Positions 1 to 10,100 of a stretch of 30,022 bases of DNA are shown here, piece by piece (position 1 is the stretch's first letter; every line of letters begins with the position of its first letter). A model generated the notes under the pieces. It saw only the letters and a list, made by a program, of their open reading frames with translations, searched no databases and had not been told where the DNA came from. The position numbers were made by a program, and so were the translations under genes. Source of the stretch: Candidatus Hydrogenedentota bacterium (GTDB taxonomy: Bacteria; Hydrogenedentota; Hydrogenedentia; Hydrogenedentales; JAEUWI01). The stretch covers positions 1-30,022 of the forward strand of contig JAXMOL010000073.1 in the NCBI GenBank assembly GCA_034669905.1, given 5' to 3'.

Positions 1-33
1 CGAAGGCACGTAGTTTTTACGTCTTCGACGTAA

Positions 34-58
34 TGCAGGCGAGCCGCCTGCGCTCCCA
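34..58. repeat. Single REP-like palindrome (TGCAGGC-GAGCC-GCCTGCG-CTCCCA)
   Basis: Hairpin GCAGGC/GCCTGC. Read on the - strand it is preceded by GGGAG, resembling tetranucleotide-tagged REP architecture. Only one copy in the window. Confidence 0.3.
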
Positions 59-301
59 AGCCCCAAATCTTTAAGATGGCAACCGAATGACTTGGAAAAT
101 GTCCGAGATGAATCTTCGCCTATTTAGATTCCTATGCGCTCGGAATCCACACGGCGAACCGATGGCTGTTCCGCAACGCCGTTGGCCCTGGCATCCGGAT
201 CGATGGTTCTGCATTGCGGCGAATAGCGTGTTCCATGGTAGGATAGAGTATTGTTGACAAAAGCCGGTGCAGCATACGCAAAACATGAAGGATAACCCAG
301 C

Positions 302-961
302 TTGAAACGAGCAAACATGGCCCGACTCATCGATCATACCCAGTTGCGCGCCTATGCGACGGAGGTGGACATTCGCGAGTTGTGTGAGGAGGCCCTGACG
401 TATAATTTCGCGACGGTAACCGTCAACCCTGCCTGGACTTCCTATTGCGCCAAGAAACTGGCCGATAGTCCCGTGGGTGTGAACACCTGTATCGCCTTCC
501 CCCTGGGAGCCATGACGGCCCAGATGAAGGTGGAAGAGGCCCGGGATGCGGCCCGCAATGGGGCCACGGAAATCGATATGGTGATTAATATTGGGGCCCT
601 CAAGTCGGGCTATCCCAGCTTTGTCGAGCGGGAAATCGCGGCGGTCGTCAAGGCGGTGAATGGTATTCCCGTGAAGGTCATCCTGGAAACGAGTTACTTG
701 ACCCGGGACGAAAAAGTGCGGGTCTGCGAAATGAGCCGTAATGCCGGTGCCTCCTTTGTTAAGACCGCGACCGGATTCGGCAACGGGGGTGCCACGGTGG
801 AAGATGTCCTGCTGATGAAGTCGACGGTGGGCGATGCGCTCGGCGTGAAGGCTGCGGGTGGGATACGCACCTTTGGTGATGCCATGGCCATGTTAAAGGC
901 GGGGGCGTCACGTATCGGCACCAGTGCCGGGATTGAAATCTTGGAAGACATCCCTGCCTGA
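302..961 (+). CDS. deoC: Deoxyribose-phosphate aldolase
   Basis: Motifs IDHT.L, FPLG, GA.EIDMV.NIG, VKVILET, FVKT.TGF (Schiff-base Lys), VKAAGGIR, GA.RIGTS. TTG start follows GAAGGA; ATG at 317 is an alternative. Confidence 0.96.
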   Translation: MKRANMARLIDHTQLRAYATEVDIRELCEEALTYNFATVTVNPAWTSYCAKKLADSPVGVNTCIAFPLGAMTAQMKVEEARDAARNGATEIDMVINIGALKSGYPSFVEREIAAVVKAVNGIPVKVILETSYLTRDEKVRVCEMSRNAGASFVKTATGFGNGGATVEDVLLMKSTVGDALGVKAAGGIRTFGDAMAMLKAGASRIGTSAGIEILEDIPA

Positions 962-1022
962 ACCCCGGAGCGGGAAGGCGGATACCCCATCCACGGATGG
1001 ATGAACCGGGAGGGAGACGGAC

Positions 1023-2024
1023 GTGGCGTTGCAGGATGAGCTGGCAGGTAAACGGGTACTTGTGCTCGGTGGACTGGGCTTTATTGGCAGCAACCTGGCG
1101 CTCCGTTGTGTCGATCTGGGTGCTGAGGTTACGGTCTACGATTCCCTCATGGAACATGGGGGCGGTAACCCCGCCAACCTGGGGGGCGCGGAGGAGTCTA
1201 TCCGGGTCGTGCACAACGACATCCGGGATTACAACCTCGTGAATCGGGAAGTGCGCGGTCAGGACTATATCTTTAATTGCGCGGGGCACACTTCGCACAG
1301 TTATTCGCTCAAAGATCCCTTTCTCGATATTGCCATTAACTGCAAAGGGACGATGAACGTTCTGGAGTCGGTGCGGCAGGACAACCCGGAGGCCCGGGTT
1401 ATTTATGTGGGCACGAGCACCCAGTGTGGCGCCATGATTCATCGCCCGATTGATGAGTTACACCCGGAATTCCCCCTCGACATTTACTCGGCCAATAAGA
1501 GTGTAGCGGAAAAGTACCACCTCATTTACCACAGCGTCCATGGACTTCGGACGTCGGTCGTGCGTCTGGCCAATATTTACGGCCCCCGCGCCAATATCAA
1601 GAGCAGCGATGCGGGTGTGTTGAACTTTTTCATCGGCCTGGCGTTGCAGGGGAAGAATCTCACCATTTATGGCGAGGGGCAGCAGAAGCGGAACGTGCTC
1701 TTCGTGGAAGATTGTGTGGAAGCCCTGCTCCAGGTGGCCGTCGCTGAGAATACCCTGGGCGAAGTCTATTTTGCTTCCGGGGACGATGAATGCGCTATCG
1801 CCACTTTTGCCCGCGAAGTGGTGTCCGTGGTGGGCAAGGGGGGCGTTGATCAGGTGCCCTGGCCGGAAGACTGGGTAGCGATGGACGTGGGGGATGTATC
1901 GATTTCGAATGCGCGGATTAAGAAAGCTATCCCGTGGCGGCCCCAGGTGGGGCTGAAGGATGGCCTGTTGAAAACGCGATACTATTACGAGGCCAACATG
2001 GGCACCTACCTGGGAGACGGATAA
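1023..2024 (+). CDS. NAD-dependent epimerase/dehydratase (extended SDR, NDP-sugar modifying)
   Basis: GGLGFIGS Rossmann motif, YSANK catalytic Yxxx[19 protein letters not shown] start after GGAGGGAG. Confidence 0.92.
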   Translation: MALQDELAGKRVLVLGGLGFIGSNLALRCVDLGAEVTVYDSLMEHGGGNPANLGGAEESIRVVHNDIRDYNLVNREVRGQDYIFNCAGHTSHSYSLKDPFLDIAINCKGTMNVLESVRQDNPEARVIYVGTSTQCGAMIHRPIDELHPEFPLDIYSANKSVAEKYHLIYHSVHGLRTSVVRLANIYGPRANIKSSDAGVLNFFIGLALQGKNLTIYGEGQQKRNVLFVEDCVEALLQVAVAENTLGEVYFASGDDECAIATFAREVVSVVGKGGVDQVPWPEDWVAMDVGDVSISNARIKKAIPWRPQVGLKDGLLKTRYYYEANMGTYLGDG

Positions 2025-2056
2025 TACTAACCCGGTGCTTCCGCCCGGCGCAGGCC

Positions 2057-2086
2057 TTGCACCGCCGCGCCGTGTCCCGGCATACT
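2057..2086 (+). promoter_or_regulatory. Possible sigma70-type promoter for the lipoprotein gene
   Basis: TTGCAC-N18-CATACT in the intergenic gap. Confidence 0.3.
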
Positions 2087-2181
2087 TAACGCACGTGATG
2101 GGTCCAACCCATCCCCTATGCGGCGGGCGACCCGACCCTCTGTATGCAAGCCGCTCAACCTCGTCCCGGAGGAATTTTTCC

Positions 2182-4002
2182 ATGTACCGAGTCGTCTCTC
2201 TCTCTTTTTCGCTGCGTGTACTCACACAATCATGCCTGCTTGTTGGCCTGGCCCTCTTAGTTCCGGCCTGCGGCGGCAAGGACGACGTTAAGACTGTTGA
2301 AGGTGGCGTCCCCGTCCCACCCGCAGCTACCGAGACCTCGACGGTCCCGGATGGGTTGGTACTGGGTGAGATCGTTCCCGATTCCCTTAGCGTGCTTCGT
2401 TTCATGCCGGAAGAGGCGCAGATTGCCTTTGCTCAGCCGGACATACCGGCCCTTCGGGAGCGGCTGGTGCCCCTCATGAAAGCCCTTTCCCCCGAAGACG
2501 AGGTCGACGATGCGATAGCGGAGGCGGTCTTCGAGTTGGGCGACGAAATCGGGATTCAGGCAGAGACCTATGAAGAACTGGCTACCGCCCTGGGCGTTGA
2601 CCCGGGTGCGCCGATCGCGGCCTTCGTCGACTTTTCGCGCACGGCCGCCAGCGCCGTGAAAGTGGCGGAGGAGCAGGAAGACAGCGAAAATGAGGGCGCT
2701 GAAATGGAAGAGCCCGAAGAGCCTGCCTGGGCGGTTGTCCTGAGCCTCACCGACCCCGAGAAGGCCCGGAGTCAGTTGGAGCGCATTGCGGAAGCGGACG
2801 ACGAGCTCCGTGCCCTTCCCCAGCGCACGGAAACGGTCGCAGGCCTGACGCTTTCTATTCGCGGGGACTACGCGTATTTCACCACCGCAACGCACATCGT
2901 CTTGGGCTATCAGACGGTGGTTGCCGGAGCTGCCCGTCGCTACAATGATTCGGCCACCTTTCGCTACGGCACGACGGAATGTCCCGCAAGGGCGTCCGAT
3001 GAGTCGGTGTTGTTGGTCTACGGCAATCGGATTACCCCCTTTCTGGACCAGGTCATGCCGCTGCTGATGGACGAGGCCGATAGTGTCGCCTTACCCATGC
3101 TGCAGGCCCAGATGGAGCAGTACAAGGGGATGTTCGCCGACGGGGTCGACGAAGATCCCATGGTGGGTACGTTCTCGTGGGTCGACAAAACGGTGGAATT
3201 GCTCTGGCGGGTGGATGTGGAAAAGAACCCCGGTATGAAAGAGGCCGTGGGGGAGGCCCAGCCTCTTCGCCTGGCGCGTTACGTGCCCGACGATACCCTG
3301 GCCCTGCTGAGCTTCCGCTTTAATGACGTCTTCAAGGAACAACTGATGCGGGACATCGTGCCCGCGGCGGCCGAGGCCGGTGGTAGCAATGAGTTGGCCA
3401 TGGCGAGCCAGATCATTCCCCAATTTGGTGATGAGTTGACGGTAGCGGTCACGGATGTGGTGGACGGTAGTATTGGTGCCTATCTTCTGTTGGGGTTGGC
3501 ACGACCCGAAGCGACCCAGGGCCTCCTCCAGATGTTCGTAACGATGGAAGGTGTTATGGAGCACAAGGGATTCACGATCAACACGGTGCCCGTGCCGGCA
3601 CCCGTGCCGCTCTACATGAGCTTTCTGGAAGATTTTGCCCTGGCAGGCAGCTCCCTGGAAGGGATGAAGGCGGTAATCGACAATCATGTCGACAAGAAAC
3701 TCTCTGGGGCCTTTGCGAAAATGACGCCGCCCCTCGATATGTCAGTGCCCCGTTACCAGGCGATAACACTGGACACCCAAGGATTGCATGATGCCGTATC
3801 GGCGACCGTGGCTTCCATGGGCGGCGATATGGGGGATTCGGGCGAGGTGATCGAAGGGGTCGTCAAGGCCATACGTACGGTGCGTTCTGTCAGCGAGTTG
3901 GATGGGCATTGGATCGTCGGGCGCATGAGCATTTTCCTGAATGACCTGGATGCCATCGAGGCAGTGGAAGGGGAGGAGGCCGCTCCGGCGGAGACCTTGT
4001 AG
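2182..4002 (+). CDS. Hypothetical acidic lipoprotein (~606 aa, possibly DUF3352-like)
   Basis: ATG at 2182 after GGAGGA. Hydrophobic signal ends in lipobox-like LLVPA-C-GG (Cys codon 2269). The fold assignment is only a guess. Confidence 0.75.
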   Translation: MYRVVSLSFSLRVLTQSCLLVGLALLVPACGGKDDVKTVEGGVPVPPAATETSTVPDGLVLGEIVPDSLSVLRFMPEEAQIAFAQPDIPALRERLVPLMKALSPEDEVDDAIAEAVFELGDEIGIQAETYEELATALGVDPGAPIAAFVDFSRTAASAVKVAEEQEDSENEGAEMEEPEEPAWAVVLSLTDPEKARSQLERIAEADDELRALPQRTETVAGLTLSIRGDYAYFTTATHIVLGYQTVVAGAARRYNDSATFRYGTTECPARASDESVLLVYGNRITPFLDQVMPLLMDEADSVALPMLQAQMEQYKGMFADGVDEDPMVGTFSWVDKTVELLWRVDVEKNPGMKEAVGEAQPLRLARYVPDDTLALLSFRFNDVFKEQLMRDIVPAAAEAGGSNELAMASQIIPQFGDELTVAVTDVVDGSIGAYLLLGLARPEATQGLLQMFVTMEGVMEHKGFTINTVPVPAPVPLYMSFLEDFALAGSSLEGMKAVIDNHVDKKLSGAFAKMTPPLDMSVPRYQAITLDTQGLHDAVSATVASMGGDMGDSGEVIEGVVKAIRTVRSVSELDGHWIVGRMSIFLNDLDAIEAVEGEEAAPAETL

Positions 4003-4047
4003 CCCCTTTCAGGATGAGACAGGTTTGACGGGCACGCCGTGGGGTCG

Positions 4048-4076
4048 TTGAAAATTTTCGACTTCCTTGGTAAACT
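4048..4076 (+). promoter_or_regulatory. Sigma70-type promoter candidate for the large surface protein
   Basis: TTGAAA-N17-TAAACT with extended -10 TG at 4068-4069. Confidence 0.55.
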
Positions 4077-4078
4077 CT

Positions 4079-4095
4079 TTACACGTAGCGTGTAA
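4079..4095. promoter_or_regulatory. Putative operator palindrome TTACACG-N3-CGTGTAA
   Basis: Perfect 7-bp inverted repeat immediately after the -10 element. Confidence 0.4.
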
Positions 4096-4177
4096 CACTT
4101 GGGAAGTAACTTGGAAACGCTGCAGGCAGGGCTGCATCCTGGATACCTGCACGTCCGGTGAGGAAGCGAAAACTATC

Positions 4178-7100
4178 ATGGCCTTTTTGTTCGGGGGCAC
4201 TTGCGGGAGCAGTGTGTCTATACGCGAGATCAAATGGTGGCAAATGGCGGCAGCGTGGCGGGCAAGTGCCCTTCTGGCGGCGGTTTTATTGGCCTTGGGG
4301 AGTTCCGCGACCAGTCCCATGCTTGATAGCCTGGACACCTTCGGGGGCGTGGCTTCTACCCAAGTGACCGCCGTCGACGTGGATATATCCGGCAACCGTT
4401 ACGATACCGGCGTCTTCGAAGAGACCGTCGATTTTGACCCCGGCGCCGGTACGACGGCATTGACGGCGGCCGTGAGCGCCACCGATGTCTGGGTTCGGAA
4501 ATTCAGCAATACGGGAAATCTGGCCTGGGCCGTTCAGCTGGCCGGCGCAGGGTATGTGGAATCCTACGGTATGGCGGTGGATAGCTCGGGCAATGTCTTT
4601 GTGGCGGGCTATTTCGACGGCACCGTAGACTTTGACCCGGGTGCGGGTACCTTCAATCTGACTGCACCGGCGACCTCCTACGACGCCTTCGTGCTCAAGC
4701 TCAATTCCAACGGCGTTTTTCAGTGGGCGGCCAGTGTCAGCACGACGGGGGACAACTACGCCTATGACGTCGCCGTGGATTCGGGTGGCAATGTCATCAC
4801 GGTAGGGGAGTTCGACGGAACGGCTGACTTTGATCCGGGGGCGGGCACAGTCAGTATCGATGCCGCAGGCAGTGGGTATAATTACATCTGGAAACTCGAT
4901 GCCAGTGGCGTCCATGTCTGGACCAAAACCGTCGACTGGATCGTTGCGTCAGTGACGACGGATTCCTCGGACAATGTGTTGATGGCAGGTTCCTTTAATG
5001 GGACGGTTGACTTCAATCCCGATGCGGGGGAGAACAACCTTTCTGCGCTGGGGGCGGAAGATGCCGCCCTCGTCAAGTATGATTCCAGCGGCGCCTATGT
5101 TTGGGCGAAGAACGCGGGTGGGGTATCGGCGACAGCCAACGGAAACTTCGTGGGCGTCGATGCCGCCGACAATGTCTACGGGGTTGGAATCTATTTCGAT
5201 GCTGCCGTCGACTTCGACCCGGGCGCGGGAACGAGCTCCCTGAGCAGTGTATCGGGATCGCTGGACGTGTTTGTCCAGGCCCTCGATTCCTCCGGGACAT
5301 TTCGCTGGGCGAAGTCTGTCGGGGGAACGTCCTTCGATACCCCCAAAGACGCGGACGTGAGCCGTTCGGGCAATGTCTACGTAACGGGCACCTTTCTAAC
5401 GACGGTGGACTTCGATCCGGGTGCTGGTACCGACGAGCGGACCGTGGTCGGCTCGACCGATATTTTTGCCTTCAATCTAAATCCCAACGGTGAGCTCGTA
5501 TGGGCCTATACGCCCGGGGGCAGTGGGCTGGATAGTGGGGAGGCCATTGTGGCGCTGGATGCTTCCACGGCTTTTGTGGGCGGCACCTTCACCGGGCCGG
5601 CCGATTTTGACCCGGCCATGGTGTTGGGACCCACGGGTTCCCTGGGGGTGACCGAGAGTTTTGTTGTCCAGGTTACCACGGATGAGCTCATACAGCCGGA
5701 TCTGGACTTGCTCCGTTCCACTGGAAATTTCGGGGGGACGGCCGTATCGGTGCTCAAGACCGATTCCAGCGGCAATATCTACACGGCAGGCTCTTTTAAC
5801 AATACGATCGATCTCGACCCCGGTCCCGGAATGGACAGCTACACCACGACGGGCACCTTGAACGGTTATTTCCAGAAACTGGACCCCAACGGCGACTATG
5901 ACATGGGGGGCATATTCGGGTCTACCGAAGCCTCGGGCAACACGTCCGCCTTTGATCTGGCGCTCGATAGCGCGGGCAATATCTATATGACCGGATTTTT
6001 CAGTGGGGAGGCTGACTTTGACCCGGGTGCGGGTACCTTTGTCCTCGATACGGGTAATGTGAGTCAGTGGGACGTCTTCGTGCTCAAGCTGGATTCCTCG
6101 GGCGCATTTCAGTGGGCGGTGCAAGCCGGGGGCACGGGCAATGACGTGGGTGAGGGCATCGACGTGGATGCTTCCGGAAACGTCTATGTCGCCGGATACT
6201 TCAATGGGACGGCGGACTTTGACCCGAGTGGCGCGACGGCCAATGAAACCAGTGCCGGGATGGCCGATGCCTTTCTCTGGAAGCTCGACGCTTCGGGTAA
6301 CCTGGTGTGGGTCCAGACCATTGGCGACAGTGGCCCGGAGCGTGGCGTGGCCCTTGCCCTGGACAGCAGCGGAAATCCCACTATGGCCATGAGCTTTGAT
6401 GGTACGGTCGATTTTGATCCCGGTGCGGGGGTCGAGAGCGTAGCGAGTTCCGACGGGGACTCGGCCATCGTGAAATTTGATGACGCGGGGGTCTTTCAAT
6501 GGGTAGCGGTGGTGACCGGTGCCGGCGAAGACGAGGTGCGCGATTTAGCGCTCGACAGTAGCGATAACATCTACAGCCTCGGAGATTTCGAGTCAGACAT
6601 CGACCTGGATCCCGGAGCGGGTACCGTTACGGAGAACAGTGCGGCAGCGCAAGACGGCTACATTCAGAAACTGGACAGCAACGGGGACTATGTGTGGTCC
6701 CACGTGCTCAGCGGCTCCAATTCTATTGAAGCCTATGGTATTGGCGTGAGTAGTGATGGCACCGTCTATGTCGCGGGGGGCTTCTTCGGAACCTTCGACT
6801 ATGATCCGCCGAATATGTTCGACCTTCGGGTCTCTTACGGTAGTGACGATGTGTTTGTCGTCGCCCTTGAAGAGATGGGTAGTGTGCTCTGGACCTACAC
6901 GACGGGAGACAGCGACTCTCAATCGGGTTCGGCGGTGGCGGGCTTGCCGAATGGGCGGGTGCTGGTGGCCGGCGGTTACGGGGGTACGGTGGACTTCGAT
7001 CCCAGTCTTGGAGTCAGTTCGAGCGCGGTGACCGGATCTTACGACGTCTTTCTGATAGAGCTCAACCGCGATGTGGCCCCCACCGCCGATGTTATTACCC

Positions 7101-10100
7101 CGTCCACGACGGGGCCGACGAACGCCAGCAGCGTCACGTTTACGGTGGAGTTTAGCGAGGATGTAACCAATTTTTTTGACAGTTCGGATCTTGTGCAGAC
7201 CCACACCAGTACGGGTTTTGGGTCGGTTTCTATTACAGGGGGACCCCGCATCTATTCCGTATCCATCAACTTTCTCACAGGTTCTGGAGATTTTACGGTT
7301 TCGGTAAATACCGCATCGGATATTATGGACCTTACCGGGAATCCCCTGGCTTCGAGCGTGACGAGTGCGGTGGTAACGCTGGACAAGCAGTCTCCCACGA
7401 TCATGCTCAACGGAAGTAACCCCATTACGCTCGAGTGCCAAGATCCCTACGTGGAGGCGGGTGCGACCGCCACTGATATTCTGGATGGGGTAATAACGGG
7501 GGACATCGTCATCGCCGGCGATACGGTCGATACGGCCACCCCGGGAAGCTATACCGTCACCTACGATGTGACGGACGCGGCGGGCAACGCGGCGACTCAG
7601 GTCACGCGCACGGTAAACGTGGTGGATACGATGCCGCCGACAATTACTCGGGTCGGAAGCCCCCTCATCCTCCTGGGATGCGGCGATAGCTATGTGGACC
7701 TCGGCGCCACGGCCAGCGACTCCTGTGAGGGCAACCTGACGGGAAGTATTGTCGTTGGTGGGGACACGGTGGACACGTCGAGCCCGGGCGTCTACACGAT
7801 TACCTATAATGTCATGGACGCCTCAGGCAATGCCGCCACGCAGGTAACCCGCACCGTCACGGTGCAGGATACGACGGCGCCGGTGTTGACCCTGTTGGGT
7901 AATGCGTCGGAGACGGTGGCCTGTGGGGCGACGTATTCCGATGCGGGTGCGACGGCGCTGGACGGCTGTGCCGATGATATTTCGGGTAGTGTGGTCGTTG
8001 GTGGGGACACGGTGGACGTGAATACACCGGGCGTCTACATGGTGACCTACAACGTGATGGACCCCTCGGGCAACGCTGCGGCGGAAGTGACGCGTACGGT
8101 GACGGTGCTGGACACGACGGCACCGGTGCTGACCCTGTTGGGTAACGCGTCGGAGACAGTGGCCTGTGGGACGACGTATTCCGATGGGGGAGCGACGGCG
8201 CTGGACGATTGCGCCGATGATATTTCGGGTAGTGTGGTCGTTGGTGGGGACACGGTGGACGTGGATACGCCGGGAGTCTACACCGTGACCTATAACGTGA
8301 TGGACCCCTCGGGCAACGCTGCGGCGGAAGTGACGCGTACGGTGACGGTGCTGGACACGACGGCACCGGTGCTGACCCTGCTGGGTAATGCGTCGGAGAC
8401 GGTGGCCTGTGGGGGGACTTATAACGATGCGGGTGCGACGGTGAACGATACCTGTGATACCTCCCTTGGTATCGGTAGTATCGTGGTAGGAGGCGATGTG
8501 GTGGATACGAGTTCAGCGGGGACCTATACGATAACCTACGATGTTATGGATGCGTCGGGCAACGCCGCCGTCCAGGTGACCCGTACGGTTACCGTTGCGG
8601 AGTGTGCTGGCGAAGGTGAAGGTGAAGGCGAAGGTGAAGGTGAAGGTGAAGGTGAAGGTGAAGGTGAAGGTGAAGGGGAAGGTGAAGGTGAAGGTGAAGG
8701 TGAAGGTGAAGGTGAAGGTGAAGGTGAAGGTGAAGGCGAAGGCGAAGGCGAAGGCGAAGGTGAAGGTGAAGGCGAAGGCGAAGGTGAAGGCGAAGGCGAA
8801 GGCGAAGGCGAAGGCGAAGGCGAAGGCGAAGGCGAACCCTGTCTTGACCCCGACCTGGATTCCGAGGGGGATGGACTTACCGATTGTGAAGAGTCCGAGG
8901 TGGGCACCGATCCGTTCAAAGTAGACACCGACGACGATGGTATGCCCGATGTGTATGAGGTGCGCTTTGGATTGCGGCCCTTGGACCCAACGGACGCATT
9001 GGAAGACAACGACATGGATGCGACTTCCAACCTGGCGGAATACCTGGGAGTTTCGAATCCTCAGGATCCCCTTGATCCGCGTTTCGTCATATGGGTTTCG
9101 CCCTTGGGCAGCGACACCGAGGGTTCGGGTTCGCGTATGGCGCCATTCTTCACCATCGCCCACGCTATCCAGGCCCTGGAGACCAAGGGCGCTGGTGCAG
9201 CGGGTGGCATCATGCTGGAGTCGGGCGTCTATAGCGAAGACGTGGTCATGCCCGACGATGTGGTGCTCTCCGGGGCACCCGATGCCGATGCGACCATCAG
9301 CGGTCAGGTCGTTGGTGCGCAAGGTGGTCGCCTCGAGAATCTGGAGCTCATGCCAGCGATGAAAGACGATGTCTTGCTGGAAGTGAACAATGTAGCCATG
9401 GAGGTGCGTGATGTAAGCTTCCGGGGGACGCCGGAAAGCCGGGAGGCCACGGGTATCGTAGTAAAGGGTGAGATGGCGGTGGATACCATCATCGAGGGAT
9501 GTCTCTTCCGTGATCTATATATTGGCATCGAGGTGTTTGATCGTATTCCCACTATCCGGCTCTCGCGCTTCCAGGATGTGCTCTTTGCTGCCATCGTGAT
9601 ACGAAGCACCACGTTGATTGATGTGGAGCGGGATCTCAGTGTTGACGGCGATTCGACGCGGGGGTTGAATGCCTTCGAGTTTGACGCGGATAGCCCGATT
9701 CCCATTACGATGCCACGGGCAATCTTGAATGAGACTACGACGGTGTTGCGTGCGGAGCGGAACGAGTGGGGCACGGATGACCCCGAGAAAATTGCTGAGC
9801 TGATTGATGGTCCGGTGGACGTGGAGCCTATTCAGGCCACCGCTTCGACTATTCTGGCATCCACCTTGGTGTGTACGTTGTGGTCCTTCGATGATCAGGA
9901 GCGCATCGCGTCGGCGACGGTTGCCTTGCCTGGAAGTGGATACCGAGCGGTCACGGAAAACATAGACGGCGTGTTCATTTACCCGGCGATTATTGGCGGA
10001 AGCTACGAAGTGATCTGCGAGGCGGATGGCTATGGCCTGTCCACAGTTGCCGTGACGCTGGAGCCCGGAGAAATCAAGTCCATTACCATTCCAATGTCCG

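Noticed and set aside
4067..4177. N-terminal extensions in the ORF track (also 2035, 10456, 14086, 17174, 23446, 25258)
   Set aside because: They overlap promoters, terminators, repeats or the upstream gene; downstream starts fit RBS, signal peptide or domain boundaries better.
8513..9322. Alternative-frame ORFs with (FA/FT)n, (SP)n or (KV/KA)n
   Set aside because: Shadows of the stop-free GE hexamer repeat.
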